Shown here piece after piece: positions 17,593 through 28,100 of a stretch of DNA of 64,000 nt. The notes beneath the pieces were generated by a model, which was given only the letters and a program-made list of their open reading frames with translations, searched no databases and was not told the DNA's origin. A program made the position numbers and the translations under genes. The DNA comes from an uncultured Candidatus Saccharibacteria bacterium (lineage in GTDB: Bacteria > Patescibacteriota > Minisyncoccia > Phycocordibacterales > JACOZG01). The number at the start of each line of letters is the position of its first letter. Position 1 is the first letter of the stretch. The DNA is taken from positions 5,845 through 69,844 of the forward strand of contig CAYICB010000002.1 in the NCBI GenBank assembly GCA_964361825.1, given 5' to 3'.

Positions 17593-18213
17593 TTACTCAA
17601 TAGAGGATCTGATAGCCTCTATTACCCGCTCTTTAATGGGGGCAAAGTCTGGTCGCCTGATCGTGTAACGAAGATCTCCAATGCGCACCTTTTGGGCCAA
17701 AACCACCACCAAAGCCAGTAGTTTTTCCTCTGTTTCTGTTGGGGCTGGTGGTGTTTGAACGGCATCACTCTCATCCTTCGGGTCAACCGTCCGCAACACT
17801 TCTTTGCGCACCTTCTTAAGATTGAGTCCCGAGGCAATCAAAACTTGCGCCGCGATGCCATCCTGCTCACGAAGCAGACCGAGCAATAAATGTTCACTGC
17901 CCACCCAACCATGATTCAGATTACGCGCTTCCTCAATGGTGTACTCGATGACCTTTTTGGCTCGCGGCGTCTTCGGCAGATTGCCCATAGTGACCATTTC
18001 GGGCCCACTTTTGATCAGTTTCTCCACCTCTATGCGGACCTTGCGCAGGTCGACATCGAGGTTCTTGAGAACATCGGCGCCAACACCAGACCCTTCCTTC
18101 ACCAAACCAAGCAGGATGTGTTCGGTGCCAAGGTACTCGTGATTGAATCGCTGAGCCTCCTGATTGGCCAAATGCATAATTTTTCTTGCACGATCGGTAA
18201 ATCCTTCATACAT
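17593..18213 (-). CDS. stand-alone Clp N-terminal (Clp_N repeat) protein
   Basis: FTDRARK..LA..EA....H.Y.GTEHILLGL and TPRAKKV...GSEHLLLGLL; no AAA module; AAGGGGT SD. Confidence 0.88.
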   Translation of the reverse strand: MYEGFTDRARKIMHLANQEAQRFNHEYLGTEHILLGLVKEGSGVGADVLKNLDVDLRKVRIEVEKLIKSGPEMVTMGNLPKTPRAKKVIEYTIEEARNLNHGWVGSEHLLLGLLREQDGIAAQVLIASGLNLKKVRKEVLRTVDPKDESDAVQTPPAPTETEEKLLALVVVLAQKVRIGDLRYTIRRPDFAPIKERVIEAIRSSIE

Positions 18214-18409
18214 CTTTTCACCCCTTTCGGTGTTCGGTATCAAAGAACAAAGGTTAATTATCAAGCGGTCACGCGCCGTTTGTCCTTGCCAAAGTCCAAA
18301 CTACCGCTAAGATGGAAGTTAGTCAAATTGGGTGGTTTTAAACAGGTTTAGTTGACGGGAATAGGGTTAAATGATAGAAATAGGTAATAAATTAGATTAT
18401 TAGTAAAAT

Positions 18410-19441
18410 ATGGCTAAAATTATGATTAACTTTAAGCCTAAGGATGCCCTTAAAACCCTGCTTTCTGGGTTGCCGGAGCGTTCCCAAGACATTATTCGCC
18501 GGCGTTACGGGCTTAATGAGTCTGATGCCCTAACCCTTGAGGCTATTGGCCAAAGCTACGGTATTACTCGCGAGCGGGTACGCCAGATCGAAGAGGCCAC
18601 GCTCAAACTGATCAAAAAGTCAGACGCTTTTGCTGGTCTGGAACACGCCTTCGAAGAGCTCAAAACCGCCCTAGAGGATTACGGCGGAATTGCTCATGAG
18701 GCCGATTTTTTGCGCCATCTCCACGAGCATCCAGTCACTCAAAATCAAATTAACTTCTTTTTAGTCTTGGGCGACCACTTTACCAAACTCAAGGAGGACG
18801 ATGATTTTCATCATCGTTGGACGGTTAATACCGATCTAGCTAACCGTGTTCACGGAGCAATCAATAAATTAGTTAAGGAGTTATCTGAAGATGAACTTTT
18901 GGCCGAAGAGGAGCTAATCTCTCGTTTAATTAAGAAGTTAGAGGCTGATCATAAAGATGAGCTGGTTCGTGAGCGCGGCAAACGCTGGCTCTTAATCTCC
19001 AAGCGTCTTGGCGTTAACCCAGTTGGCGAGTGGGGATTAGCTCATTCTCCCAATATTAAGCTCCGCGGTATCCGCGATTACGCTTTTCTCGTTTTGCGCC
19101 GTCACGGTTCGCCACTTCACTTTACCGAAGTAGCCAAAGCGATCGAAAACACCTTCAAGCATCGGGCTAATCCCGCTACTTGTCACAATGAATTAATTAA
19201 AGACGGCCGTTTTGTACTCGTGGGTCGCGGTTTGTACGCCTTAACCGAATGGGGCTACTCTCGTGGCGTGGTGCGCGATGTGATCCGCGCCATGATCGAA
19301 AAGCACGGTCCGCTCTCGGAACAAGAAATTCTCGATCGGGTGCTTAAGGAGCGCTATGTGAAAGAAAACACCGTTCTAGTTAATCTACGAAATTCTCCCA
19401 ACTTCAAAAAGGATTCTAGCGGCAAATACACTGCCAATTAA
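18410..19441 (+). CDS. sigma70 region-4-like HTH plus C-terminal winged-helix (HARE-type) protein
   Basis: TLEAIG..YGITRERVRQIE; HNELIKDGRFVLVGRGLYAL. Confidence 0.75.
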   Translation: MAKIMINFKPKDALKTLLSGLPERSQDIIRRRYGLNESDALTLEAIGQSYGITRERVRQIEEATLKLIKKSDAFAGLEHAFEELKTALEDYGGIAHEADFLRHLHEHPVTQNQINFFLVLGDHFTKLKEDDDFHHRWTVNTDLANRVHGAINKLVKELSEDELLAEEELISRLIKKLEADHKDELVRERGKRWLLISKRLGVNPVGEWGLAHSPNIKLRGIRDYAFLVLRRHGSPLHFTEVAKAIENTFKHRANPATCHNELIKDGRFVLVGRGLYALTEWGYSRGVVRDVIRAMIEKHGPLSEQEILDRVLKERYVKENTVLVNLRNSPNFKKDSSGKYTAN

Positions 19442-19472
19442 ACTCTGGCTTGGTTTCTGTTATTATTAAAGG

Positions 19473-20678
19473 GTGATTATTGTTGACCTAATTTGGCAGT
19501 CAGCTATTTTGTGGCTACCGCTTGGTCTTGGTATTCTCGCGTATCATCTTTGGTACGATTACAAACAAGCGGAATACAATAAAAAAACGCCGTGGGTAAT
19601 GTTTGAAATTAAATTACCCAAAATAATTGATAAATACCCATCTTCTATGGAGGTGGTGTTGGGCATTTTCGAACAAAAATACGCCGGTAATTGGTGGTCG
19701 CAATTCTGGCAAGGCCTTGTGCGCGGCTGGTTCTCTCTCGAGCTTGTGTCTTTGGGTGGGGATGTGCGCTTTTATATCCGGGCGCCAAAATTTTTCAAAA
19801 AATTAATTGAAGGTCAAATTTATTCCCAATATCCTGAAGTTGAGGTGCGCGAGGTTGAGGATTATACCAACAAGGTGCGTTATGGTGAGCCCGGCAGTGA
19901 TTTGGCGCTTTGGGGGCAAGAAATCGTTTTATCAAAAGAAGACGCTTATCCCATAAAAACTTATGTGGATTATCATCTCACTGAAGCCGACTCGCTCAAA
20001 GAAGAGTTTAAGGTGGATCCGATGACCCCGCTCTTAGAATTGCTGGGTTCGATTGGGCCACATGAGCAAATTTGGATTCAGATTCTGATTCAAGCCACCA
20101 AAGATCGGTTCAAGGATCCTAAAAAATGGTTTGGTAAACGCGGTTGGAAGGATGAGGGTAAAGATTTGATTAGAAAACTAATGAAGCGGGACGAGAAGCC
20201 CAAAGAAGGCGAGTCGTTAAAGATTGAGGTTTTGTCGCCGGGTGAAAGGGAAACCGTAACGGCCATTGAACGCAATATCGCTAAAATCGGTTTTGATACT
20301 GGTATACGAATGATCTATTTAGCACCAAAAGATAAATTTAATGTTTATAATACCGTTGGCTTACTTAGTTCTTGGAAGCAATTTGGGTCAGCTAACCTTA
20401 ATGGCTTTAAGCCGGGTTCTGGTGGGAAGCAAAAAACCGGAGTGGACTTCCCGTGGCAAGATTTTAGGGGCATCCGCGTGGAGCGTCGCAAAAGAAGAAT
20501 TTTTGACGCTTATCTCCGTCGAGCTTATTTTTATAAACCTCACTTGCGCACGCCGTTTGTTTTAAGCACCGAAGAATTGGCCACCATTTATCACTTCCCT
20601 GGCGCCGTGGCGCGCACGCCCACTCTCGAGAAGATCGAATCCAAGAAAGGCGAGTCGCCCACCAATTTGCCAATCTAA
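19473..20678 (+). CDS. membrane-anchored hypothetical protein
   Basis: 401 aa, N-terminal TM, FSLELVS, YP, EELATIYHFP motifs. Confidence 0.75.
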   Translation: MIIVDLIWQSAILWLPLGLGILAYHLWYDYKQAEYNKKTPWVMFEIKLPKIIDKYPSSMEVVLGIFEQKYAGNWWSQFWQGLVRGWFSLELVSLGGDVRFYIRAPKFFKKLIEGQIYSQYPEVEVREVEDYTNKVRYGEPGSDLALWGQEIVLSKEDAYPIKTYVDYHLTEADSLKEEFKVDPMTPLLELLGSIGPHEQIWIQILIQATKDRFKDPKKWFGKRGWKDEGKDLIRKLMKRDEKPKEGESLKIEVLSPGERETVTAIERNIAKIGFDTGIRMIYLAPKDKFNVYNTVGLLSSWKQFGSANLNGFKPGSGGKQKTGVDFPWQDFRGIRVERRKRRIFDAYLRRAYFYKPHLRTPFVLSTEELATIYHFPGAVARTPTLEKIESKKGESPTNLPI

Positions 20679-20682
20679 AACC

Positions 20683-21624
20683 ATGTCGCGCCGCACCATC
20701 TTTTATTTCTCCCTCCCTTTTATTTTAACCGCCGTTTTGTGGTTCACCCTGCGCGCTCCGAGCGCTTTCCCCGTGGGAGAAACTATCAAAATCCCCAAAG
20801 GGATTACCTTAAGTGAGGCGGGCGAAAAATTAAAGGAAAATAACATTATTGGGCGCGATTTTATTTTTAAAGTCTTGGTGTGGTTACAATCGCCGCGCGC
20901 TGGCGTAATTGCCGGTGATTATCTTTTTACCACGCGCACCAATCTGTGGAGCGTCGCCAAGCGCTTGGCGCGCGGCGACTTCGGCATCGAGTACCGGCGG
21001 GTCACAATTCCAGAAGGCGCCACGGCGATCGAAGCGGGTTTACTCATCACCAAAGCGATTCCTAAATTTGACCGCAAAACCTTCAATCAACTAATCAAAG
21101 ATTCGGAGGGTTACTTGTTCCCCGACACCTACTTTTTCTCACCAGCCATTACGCCAGCCGAAGCCTTTGCCACCATGCGCGGCAATTTCGAAGAAAAAAC
21201 CAATGGGTTAGCACCACTCATTGTTCGCTCTGGCCACAGTTTAGAAGAAATCATTATTATGGCCTCACTTTTGGAAGAAGAAGCCAAAAACCCCGAGCAA
21301 CGCCGCGTGATCTCTGGGATTCTTTGGCGAAGAATTGCGGAGGAAATGCCCTTACAAGTAGATGCTGTTTTCCCTTATATTATTGGGAGAAACACCTTCC
21401 AACTCACTCGCGCCGATTTGGCTACCGATTCTCCTTATAACACTTACAAATACGCCGGTTTACCCGCCGGGCCAATCTCTAATCCCGGACTTGATGCCAT
21501 TATTGCCGCCCTAGAACCAATCGAAAGCGACTATTTATTTTACTTATCCGATCTTTCCGGTAAGATGCATTATGCGGCCAATTTTGACGATCATGTGGCC
21601 AACAAAAGAAAATATTTGCGCTAA
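20683..21624 (+). CDS. mltG: endolytic transglycosylase MltG
   Basis: EGYLFPDTY, ASLLEEE, SPYNTY...GLP.GPISNPG. Confidence 0.93.
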   Translation: MSRRTIFYFSLPFILTAVLWFTLRAPSAFPVGETIKIPKGITLSEAGEKLKENNIIGRDFIFKVLVWLQSPRAGVIAGDYLFTTRTNLWSVAKRLARGDFGIEYRRVTIPEGATAIEAGLLITKAIPKFDRKTFNQLIKDSEGYLFPDTYFFSPAITPAEAFATMRGNFEEKTNGLAPLIVRSGHSLEEIIIMASLLEEEAKNPEQRRVISGILWRRIAEEMPLQVDAVFPYIIGRNTFQLTRADLATDSPYNTYKYAGLPAGPISNPGLDAIIAALEPIESDYLFYLSDLSGKMHYAANFDDHVANKRKYLR

Positions 21625-21627
21625 TTT

Positions 21628-22179
21628 ATGAAAAGACACAACTTGGCTTTCATTGACCTTGAGACCACCGGTCTCGATCCAGAAAAACACGAAATTATTG
21701 AGTTAGCCTGCTTGCTGGCAAAACAAATACCCAATCCGGGCAAGGGACCAAAACTTGAATTGATTGAAGAGTTCGAATTTAAAATTAAACCGAAACACCT
21801 TGAAACCGCCGAACAAATGGCCTTAAACAAAAATGGCTACAATGACGCCGACTGGCTCTTTGCCGCCGATTTGGAACAAGTGCTCAAAACTCTGTCCGAT
21901 AAAGCCGTTGGTGCTTCGATGGTGGCACACAATGTAACCTTTGATTGGAATTTTTTGAACAAAGCTTTTAGCACCACAGGTATTCCAAACAAAATGCATT
22001 ATCATCGCATCGATACCATGTCGATGGCTTTTACCAAACTCTATCACGATGACAGAGCGCAAGCCTTTAGTCTTGGGGCCCTCGCTGACTTTTTTGGTCT
22101 CAAAAACGATCGTGCTCACACCGCTCTCGCCGATATTCGCACCACCTTCGAACTCTACAAAAAACTCCTCGGGGTTTAA
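21628..22179 (+). CDS. DEDDh 3'-5' exonuclease (DnaQ-like)
   Basis: DLETTG, AHN..FD, H.AL.D. Confidence 0.88.
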   Translation: MKRHNLAFIDLETTGLDPEKHEIIELACLLAKQIPNPGKGPKLELIEEFEFKIKPKHLETAEQMALNKNGYNDADWLFAADLEQVLKTLSDKAVGASMVAHNVTFDWNFLNKAFSTTGIPNKMHYHRIDTMSMAFTKLYHDDRAQAFSLGALADFFGLKNDRAHTALADIRTTFELYKKLLGV

Positions 22180-22950
22180 TTACTCCAACCACAGGAGGGC
22201 CAGCATTAGAAAAATGCCGAGCAGGAGAGCAAGAAATTGGATTAAAGAACGACGCGGTTCAGTGGTTTTGTGGAGTTCGGGCACCAAATCAGAACCGGCG
22301 AGGTAAAGAAAGCCGCCAGCGGTAAAGGCCAACAAAAGCGGCGTGAGAGACTCTACCCTCGAGGCAAAAAACAGAGCAATCACTGTTCCCAAAATAGCCA
22401 AGACCGCCGAGAGAAAGTTGAAAAACAAGGCTTGACCTTTGCTAAAACCGGCGTGCAACAAAATGCCAAAATCGCCAATTTCTTGCGGAATCTCGTGAAG
22501 AATCACCGCCAAGGTGGTGGCGAGCCCCACCTCAATTCCAGCCAAAAAGCTTACACCAATAATTAAACCGTCAATAAGATTGTGGAGCCCATCAGACACC
22601 AAATTGAGGTAGCCGAGTGGCTTAATAGTGGGGTGATGATGATCGGCTTCTAAACACTCATCGAGTTCATGCGAATGCGTCCAGTGCAAAAATTTTTCTA
22701 AGGCAAAAAACAGTAAAATTCCCGCCAAAATTGCCAAAGAAAGTTTAGCTGGGTCAACCGATGATTCAAAAATTTCTGGTAAAAGATGTAAAGCCACATC
22801 GCCAAAAAGAGCGCCGGTAGCAAGAGCCACCAAAAAGAAGATGGCTCTTTTTAGGCGGTTGGTATTTACCGCCAACACCAAAACCCCAATCAAAGAAATT
22901 AAACTAACCAAAAAAACTCCACCAAAAGCATAAAAATAATTAACAGGCAT
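22180..22950 (-). CDS. ZIP family metal transporter
   Basis: HNLIDG, HEIPQEIGDFG, His-rich loop. Confidence 0.92.
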   Translation of the reverse strand: MPVNYFYAFGGVFLVSLISLIGVLVLAVNTNRLKRAIFFLVALATGALFGDVALHLLPEIFESSVDPAKLSLAILAGILLFFALEKFLHWTHSHELDECLEADHHHPTIKPLGYLNLVSDGLHNLIDGLIIGVSFLAGIEVGLATTLAVILHEIPQEIGDFGILLHAGFSKGQALFFNFLSAVLAILGTVIALFFASRVESLTPLLLAFTAGGFLYLAGSDLVPELHKTTEPRRSLIQFLALLLGIFLMLALLWLE

Positions 22951-22953
22951 GAT

Positions 22954-23466
22954 TTAAATTTTAAAATTTTGACCCAAACGCCCAACTAAAATACCAACCA
23001 AGATTGCCAAGCCACCGAGCAAAGCCATACGCCACGCTTGATGAAAAGAATGGAGACCCGCCAACCTTGAGCCAAGCCAACCGAGCAAAAAGAGCGCAAT
23101 CAAAGAAAGGATAACCGAAACCCGAAAAGCCAAACTTACCGGCAAAAGCAAATAGGGCAAAAGAGGAATTAAACCAGAAATTAAGTAAGAAAAAAACATA
23201 ATCAAACCATCGGTGGTAGCGCCACGCGGGGTGACTTCTCGTCCTTTAAGATAATCGGCGGCCGAGGCTTCGGAGAGAAAACTGCCGACCGCCATCGAGA
23301 AAGCCTCCACTACAATCAAAATTAAGCCGGTCAAAAAAATGGCTCGAGAAGCGAGCCCGGCCAAAGCAATTCCCGAAAGCAGGCCGACAGTAGAAACTAA
23401 ACTATCTTCAACACCAAACACAAAATTACGCAAATAAGCCGCCCGCTCCAAACTTGGCTTAAACAT
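22954..23466 (-). CDS. VIT1/CCC1 family transporter
   Basis: VFGVEDSLVST.G, AFSMAVG.FLS, PLLPY. Confidence 0.88.
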   Translation of the reverse strand: MFKPSLERAAYLRNFVFGVEDSLVSTVGLLSGIALAGLASRAIFLTGLILIVVEAFSMAVGSFLSEASAADYLKGREVTPRGATTDGLIMFFSYLISGLIPLLPYLLLPVSLAFRVSVILSLIALFLLGWLGSRLAGLHSFHQAWRMALLGGLAILVGILVGRLGQNFKI

Positions 23467-23495
23467 TAAACAAATGTTAGCATGAAAAAAAACCG

Positions 23496-24563
23496 GTGCA
23501 AAATAAAGGTCGAGTGGTAGTGGCTATGTCGGGCGGGGTAGATAGCTCGGTGGCGGCGGCTTTGCTTAAAGAGCAAGGTTATGAAGTGGTGGGCGCGTTT
23601 ATTAAGGTGTGGGAACCCCCAAAAGGCTGGGGTGGTGCGGCTGACGTGTGTAATTGGCGCGCCGAACGCCGAGAAGCGATGCGCGCCGCGGCCAAGCTTG
23701 AGATTCCACTTCTCACCTTCGACCTAAGTGAAGAATATAAAAAAGGCGTGGTGGATTATATGATTGCCGAATATCGCGCGGGGCGGACGCCAAACCCCGA
23801 TGTGATGTGTAATAAAGAAATTAAGTTTGGGGCTTTCTGGCAAGCCGTTAAAGCAAAAATAAAACCAGACTTCATTGCCACTGGTCACTATGCAATTAGC
23901 AAAAAAGGCCAACTCTACCGAGCGAAAGATAAAACCAAAGAGCAAAGTTATTTCTTGTGGGCGATTGCGCCGAAATTGCTCCCGAAAATTATTTTCCCGA
24001 TTGGTAATTTGCGAAAAGTTGAAGTGAGAAAACTGGCGAAAAACCTTGGCTTACCCAATGCCGAGAAGCCGGATAGTCAAGGTTTGTGTTTTATTGGCAA
24101 AATTGATTTCAAAGACTTTTTGAAAAATTTTATTAAAGAAAAACCGGGAAAAGTGCTCAACGAAAAGGGGGAGGTGGTAGGAAAACATCCGGGAGCCACC
24201 TTTTTCACCCTTGGCGAACGCCATGGTTTTATCCTTGATAAGCAAACACCAAACGAAGAAAAACATTATGTAATTGCTAAAGATTTAAAGAAAAACACGC
24301 TTACCGTGGCTTCTCGCGCGCAAACAAAAGTTCACGACCGTGAACTTTTGTTAACCAATACCAATTGGCATCAATTACCAAAACCAAACCAAATTTATCA
24401 AGCCCAGATTCGTTATCACGGCAAGGAGCATCCTTGCCGAGTGAAGCAAAAAGGTAAAAATTGGCTGGTCTTATTTGAGCAAACACCCGATTTTCCCGCG
24501 GCCGGACAATCGCTCGTTGTTTATGACGGTTCCCTTTGTTTAGGTGGCGGCGTGATTGCTTAA
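23496..24563 (+). CDS. mnmA: tRNA 2-thiouridylase MnmA
   Basis: SGGVDS, TPNPDVMCN..IKFG, ATGHY, SQGLCF. Confidence 0.96.
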   Translation: MQNKGRVVVAMSGGVDSSVAAALLKEQGYEVVGAFIKVWEPPKGWGGAADVCNWRAERREAMRAAAKLEIPLLTFDLSEEYKKGVVDYMIAEYRAGRTPNPDVMCNKEIKFGAFWQAVKAKIKPDFIATGHYAISKKGQLYRAKDKTKEQSYFLWAIAPKLLPKIIFPIGNLRKVEVRKLAKNLGLPNAEKPDSQGLCFIGKIDFKDFLKNFIKEKPGKVLNEKGEVVGKHPGATFFTLGERHGFILDKQTPNEEKHYVIAKDLKKNTLTVASRAQTKVHDRELLLTNTNWHQLPKPNQIYQAQIRYHGKEHPCRVKQKGKNWLVLFEQTPDFPAAGQSLVVYDGSLCLGGGVIA

Positions 24564-24623
24564 TTTTTTAAAAAAAACTAAAATTATTTCGGCAATAGAG
24601 TTCTTTTTTTCAGGGAGGTTACG

Positions 24624-25076
24624 ATGCTTAATTCGGTTAAGAAGATGTGGGTCTTCGTTGATCCGGACACTTGTGGTGAGTTGGTGGACGAATTGGTGGT
24701 GGGGATTGAACGACGAGGCTGGCAAACCGACAGATTTCCAGTCAACATGCCGAGCGTTAGAACCAAAGAGGTTCCCAAAGTTGTGATGACTCTCTTAACT
24801 AAGCCGGTGTGTTTTTCTGACGCCATTTCTCAATTGTTTGAAAGGCTAACAAAACAGGGGGTGCCCATTGCTGTTTGGTATATCGGAGACCAAGCAGAAC
24901 ACATCAAACTACCAGAAGGAACATCGATAACACTGTGCTTATTTTCTGATGAAGCCACAAAAAACGCTTGGGCCAAAGCAAACACTGGTTTTGCTACGGT
25001 AATCAAAGGGGTCGATAGCGCCCTTGCTTCAATTATCAGGAAAGTTTCCCCTGATGGTGTGGAGATGGCAAATTAA
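24624..25076 (+). CDS. hypothetical protein
   Basis: 150 aa, GGGAGG SD, terminator-like hairpin 25102-25144. Confidence 0.6.
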   Translation: MLNSVKKMWVFVDPDTCGELVDELVVGIERRGWQTDRFPVNMPSVRTKEVPKVVMTLLTKPVCFSDAISQLFERLTKQGVPIAVWYIGDQAEHIKLPEGTSITLCLFSDEATKNAWAKANTGFATVIKGVDSALASIIRKVSPDGVEMAN

Positions 25077-25163
25077 ACCACAGTGTCAACTCACCAGAAT
25101 CCGCCCGTCCGCGCGACACTAAGGTGTTAGCGGGCGGGCTTTTTCATGCTAGAATCGCTAATT

Positions 25164-26936
25164 ATGGATTCGGCGCAAATTCGCGAGCGGTTTCTTAAAT
25201 TCTTCGAGGTGAGAGGTCACAAAATCGTGCCCTCATCTTCGCTCGTGCCCGAAAATGATCCGTCGGTGCTCTTTACCACGGCCGGCATGCAACCACTTAT
25301 TCCTTATCTACTTGGCACACCGCATCCGGCTGGGAAGCGCTTGGTAAATATTCAAAAATGTGTGCGCACTCAAGATATTGAAGAGGTTGGCGACAGCACC
25401 CACGACACTTTTTTTGAGATGTTGGGCAATTGGTCGCTTGGCGATTATTTTAAAAAGGAAGCAATTGAGTGGAGTTGGCAGCTTTTGATCGACAAAACGG
25501 AAGGCTTTGGTCTTGATCCAGCACGACTCTATGTAACCTGCTTCGAGGGCAATACCGACGCGCCTCGAGATGAAGAATCGGCAGAAATCTGGAAAAGCCT
25601 TGGTGTGCCCGCTAATCATATCTACTTCTTGCCAGCCAAAAATAATTGGTGGAGTGCCGGGCCAAATGGCCCTTGCGGTCCAGACACCGAAATGTTTTAC
25701 GACTTGGCATCCGAACCGCAGAATCTCAAAACAAAAGAGGCGTATTTAATAGCGGACGAGAAGCAAACCGTGGTGGAAATTTGGAACGATGTCTTTATGG
25801 AATATGAGCAACGAGACGGTAAAGTCATCGGTAAACTAAAACAAAAAAATGTTGACACCGGCTCCGGTCTTGAGCGTCTAACAATGGCCTTGCAAGGGAA
25901 AAATAATATTTTTGAGACCGATTTATTTTCTAATATCATCGAAACCATTAATCAGCTGGCCACAAAAGATGATTTGAAAGCCAAAAGAATCGTCGCTGAC
26001 CACATCCGCACCGCGGTTTTCATTATTACTGACGGCGTAACTCCTTCTAACACCGGTCGGGGCTATATTTTGCGCCGTTTAATTCGCCGAGCAGTGCGCT
26101 ATGCCGACAAACTCGAAATGAAGCCGGGCTCACTGGTAAATGTAGCTGCGGCAGTGGTTTGCAAATACGCCAAGGTATACCCAGAAGTAGACAAGCACCT
26201 CATGGTGGAAAAGGAAATTGGACAAGAAGAGCAAAAATTCCGCGAAACTCTCGAACGCGGCCTGAAAGAATTTGAAAAAGGTATTGACCCTTTTATTCTC
26301 TTCACTTCCTACGGTTTTCCCCTTGAACTTATTAAGGAATTAGCGCAGGAAAAAGGACAACTGGTTGATGAAAATGATTTTCAAAAAAAGATGGCTGATC
26401 ATCAGTCCCTATCAAGAACTGGGGCGGAACAAAAATTCGCTGGTGGTCTGGCTGATCATGAACCAGCGACGATTAAGTTGCATACGGCGCATCATTTGCT
26501 CCTCGCGGCGCTGAAGCAAGTGCTCGGGCCGGAAGTGAAGCAAAAGGGGAGTAATATTACCCAAGAACGCCTGCGGCTCGATTTCTCTTGGCCAGAAAAA
26601 ATGACTGAAGAACAGAAAAAACGCGTCGAAGAAATTGTAAATCAAAAAATTGGCGAAAATTTGCCAGTCAAAAGGCAAGAAATGGCTAAGAGTGAGGCGG
26701 AAAAGCTTGGCGCGGAGATGGAATTTGGCGCGAAATATGGTGATGCGGTTTCGGTTTATTTTATCGGCGACCCCGACGCAGGGTCAGGGCAAGCTTTTAG
26801 TAAAGAATTTTGTGGCGGTCCCCATGTGGCCAACACCAGCGAACTCGGCACATTTAAAATTCTTAAAGAAGAAGCGGTCGCGGCTGGTGTGCGGCGAATA
26901 AAAGCGGTGTTGACAAACCCGCCCACTTTATGCTAA
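25164..26936 (+). CDS. alaS: alanine--tRNA ligase, short form lacking C-Ala
   Basis: FTTAGMQ, FFEMLGNWS, GPCGP, HTAHHLL, EFCGGPHV. Confidence 0.95.
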   Translation: MDSAQIRERFLKFFEVRGHKIVPSSSLVPENDPSVLFTTAGMQPLIPYLLGTPHPAGKRLVNIQKCVRTQDIEEVGDSTHDTFFEMLGNWSLGDYFKKEAIEWSWQLLIDKTEGFGLDPARLYVTCFEGNTDAPRDEESAEIWKSLGVPANHIYFLPAKNNWWSAGPNGPCGPDTEMFYDLASEPQNLKTKEAYLIADEKQTVVEIWNDVFMEYEQRDGKVIGKLKQKNVDTGSGLERLTMALQGKNNIFETDLFSNIIETINQLATKDDLKAKRIVADHIRTAVFIITDGVTPSNTGRGYILRRLIRRAVRYADKLEMKPGSLVNVAAAVVCKYAKVYPEVDKHLMVEKEIGQEEQKFRETLERGLKEFEKGIDPFILFTSYGFPLELIKELAQEKGQLVDENDFQKKMADHQSLSRTGAEQKFAGGLADHEPATIKLHTAHHLLLAALKQVLGPEVKQKGSNITQERLRLDFSWPEKMTEEQKKRVEEIVNQKIGENLPVKRQEMAKSEAEKLGAEMEFGAKYGDAVSVYFIGDPDAGSGQAFSKEFCGGPHVANTSELGTFKILKEEAVAAGVRRIKAVLTNPPTLC

Positions 26937-26998
26937 GACTAACACAGTTTGTACCTTGGAAATGAAACCTAATCTCTAAAAAAAGAAGGAGGCTTGAA

Positions 26999-28015
26999 AT
27001 GGCTCAACAGATGGCTTTGAGCGCCCCGTTATCGGGGTATGCCAAGAAGAAATTGTGGGATATAAGAGAGGATGTTGTGACTGTAACAGCGTTAATGCCC
27101 GTTATCTTCCTCGCGATCCTGATGTTCGTGGCAATGGTTTATTCAAAGGGAGGATCGATCCCGTTTGACGGTCGGGGATTTGCCATGTTTGTTGGGGTAG
27201 TGGGCGGACTATTTGTTGTCGTGATGATTATTATCTGGGGCCGACATGTCATTGTAAGCCCTGAACGGAAAGCGAAGATTTTGGAAGAAAACTCAACCGA
27301 CTATGCGCAGGCCGAATGTCTCCGGGCGCAAATTTTTCCACGATTCGCTGGTGTACGGTCAGATGAATTTCCATTGCGCGAAAGTGCAATCACAGGATCA
27401 TGGCGAGCGTTCAAGGTTGAACACTTCGTCAGTCAGAGCTTGCGTGGTGATATCACCGGGAATGTTTGCCTAGATGTCAGATCGTTCTTTATGGGCGATG
27501 GACGGGTGAACGCACAAATTAAACAACTTGCCGTGCCTGATCTGCTCGACATGAGTTCAGTTGTTTTCTTCGAGAACGATCAGGGTGAGACCTTGCGGGT
27601 TTTGGTCCCGTCACCTCGAGCAACAAAGGAAACCTTGGCACGACTCATTGAAATGTACGTCGGCAAACACAGTAATAACCGCTACTATCATGGTAGTTTG
27701 AGTGAGGGAACTCACGTACACGACGCCCTCAAGCAGTTTACGGCTGACGAGTCATCACTGTTGCACCCCATTTCTCATCCAATGATACTTGATCGATTAG
27801 ATGCCGCCACACACCGGCCAGTAGAAGCGAGGCCAGTGGTACAAGTCATTGGTGAAACGGTGCAAGACGGTGTGGCGCTAGCTACTGCGTTGGTCGTTAG
27901 CGGTCTCAAGAGCACCTTCTTTCCCTCCGGGTATCTTGGTGAACTGGCGTCGGGGATTGCTTTTACCCTCGACCGGGATCGCAAGCCAGACAACTTACTG
28001 GAGGCGGTGAGATAG
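26999..28015 (+). CDS. hypothetical membrane protein (2 TM plus soluble domain)
   Basis: 338 aa, AAGGAGG SD, terminator-like hairpin 28033-28079. Confidence 0.7.
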   Translation: MAQQMALSAPLSGYAKKKLWDIREDVVTVTALMPVIFLAILMFVAMVYSKGGSIPFDGRGFAMFVGVVGGLFVVVMIIIWGRHVIVSPERKAKILEENSTDYAQAECLRAQIFPRFAGVRSDEFPLRESAITGSWRAFKVEHFVSQSLRGDITGNVCLDVRSFFMGDGRVNAQIKQLAVPDLLDMSSVVFFENDQGETLRVLVPSPRATKETLARLIEMYVGKHSNNRYYHGSLSEGTHVHDALKQFTADESSLLHPISHPMILDRLDAATHRPVEARPVVQVIGETVQDGVALATALVVSGLKSTFFPSGYLGELASGIAFTLDRDRKPDNLLEAVR

Positions 28016-28100
28016 GTAACATTGTTTTTATTGCGGCCGGTGTTCCCTTCTGTGGGTTACCGGCTGCTTTTCTTTTTTTCGCTCATGATATAATTTTGGG

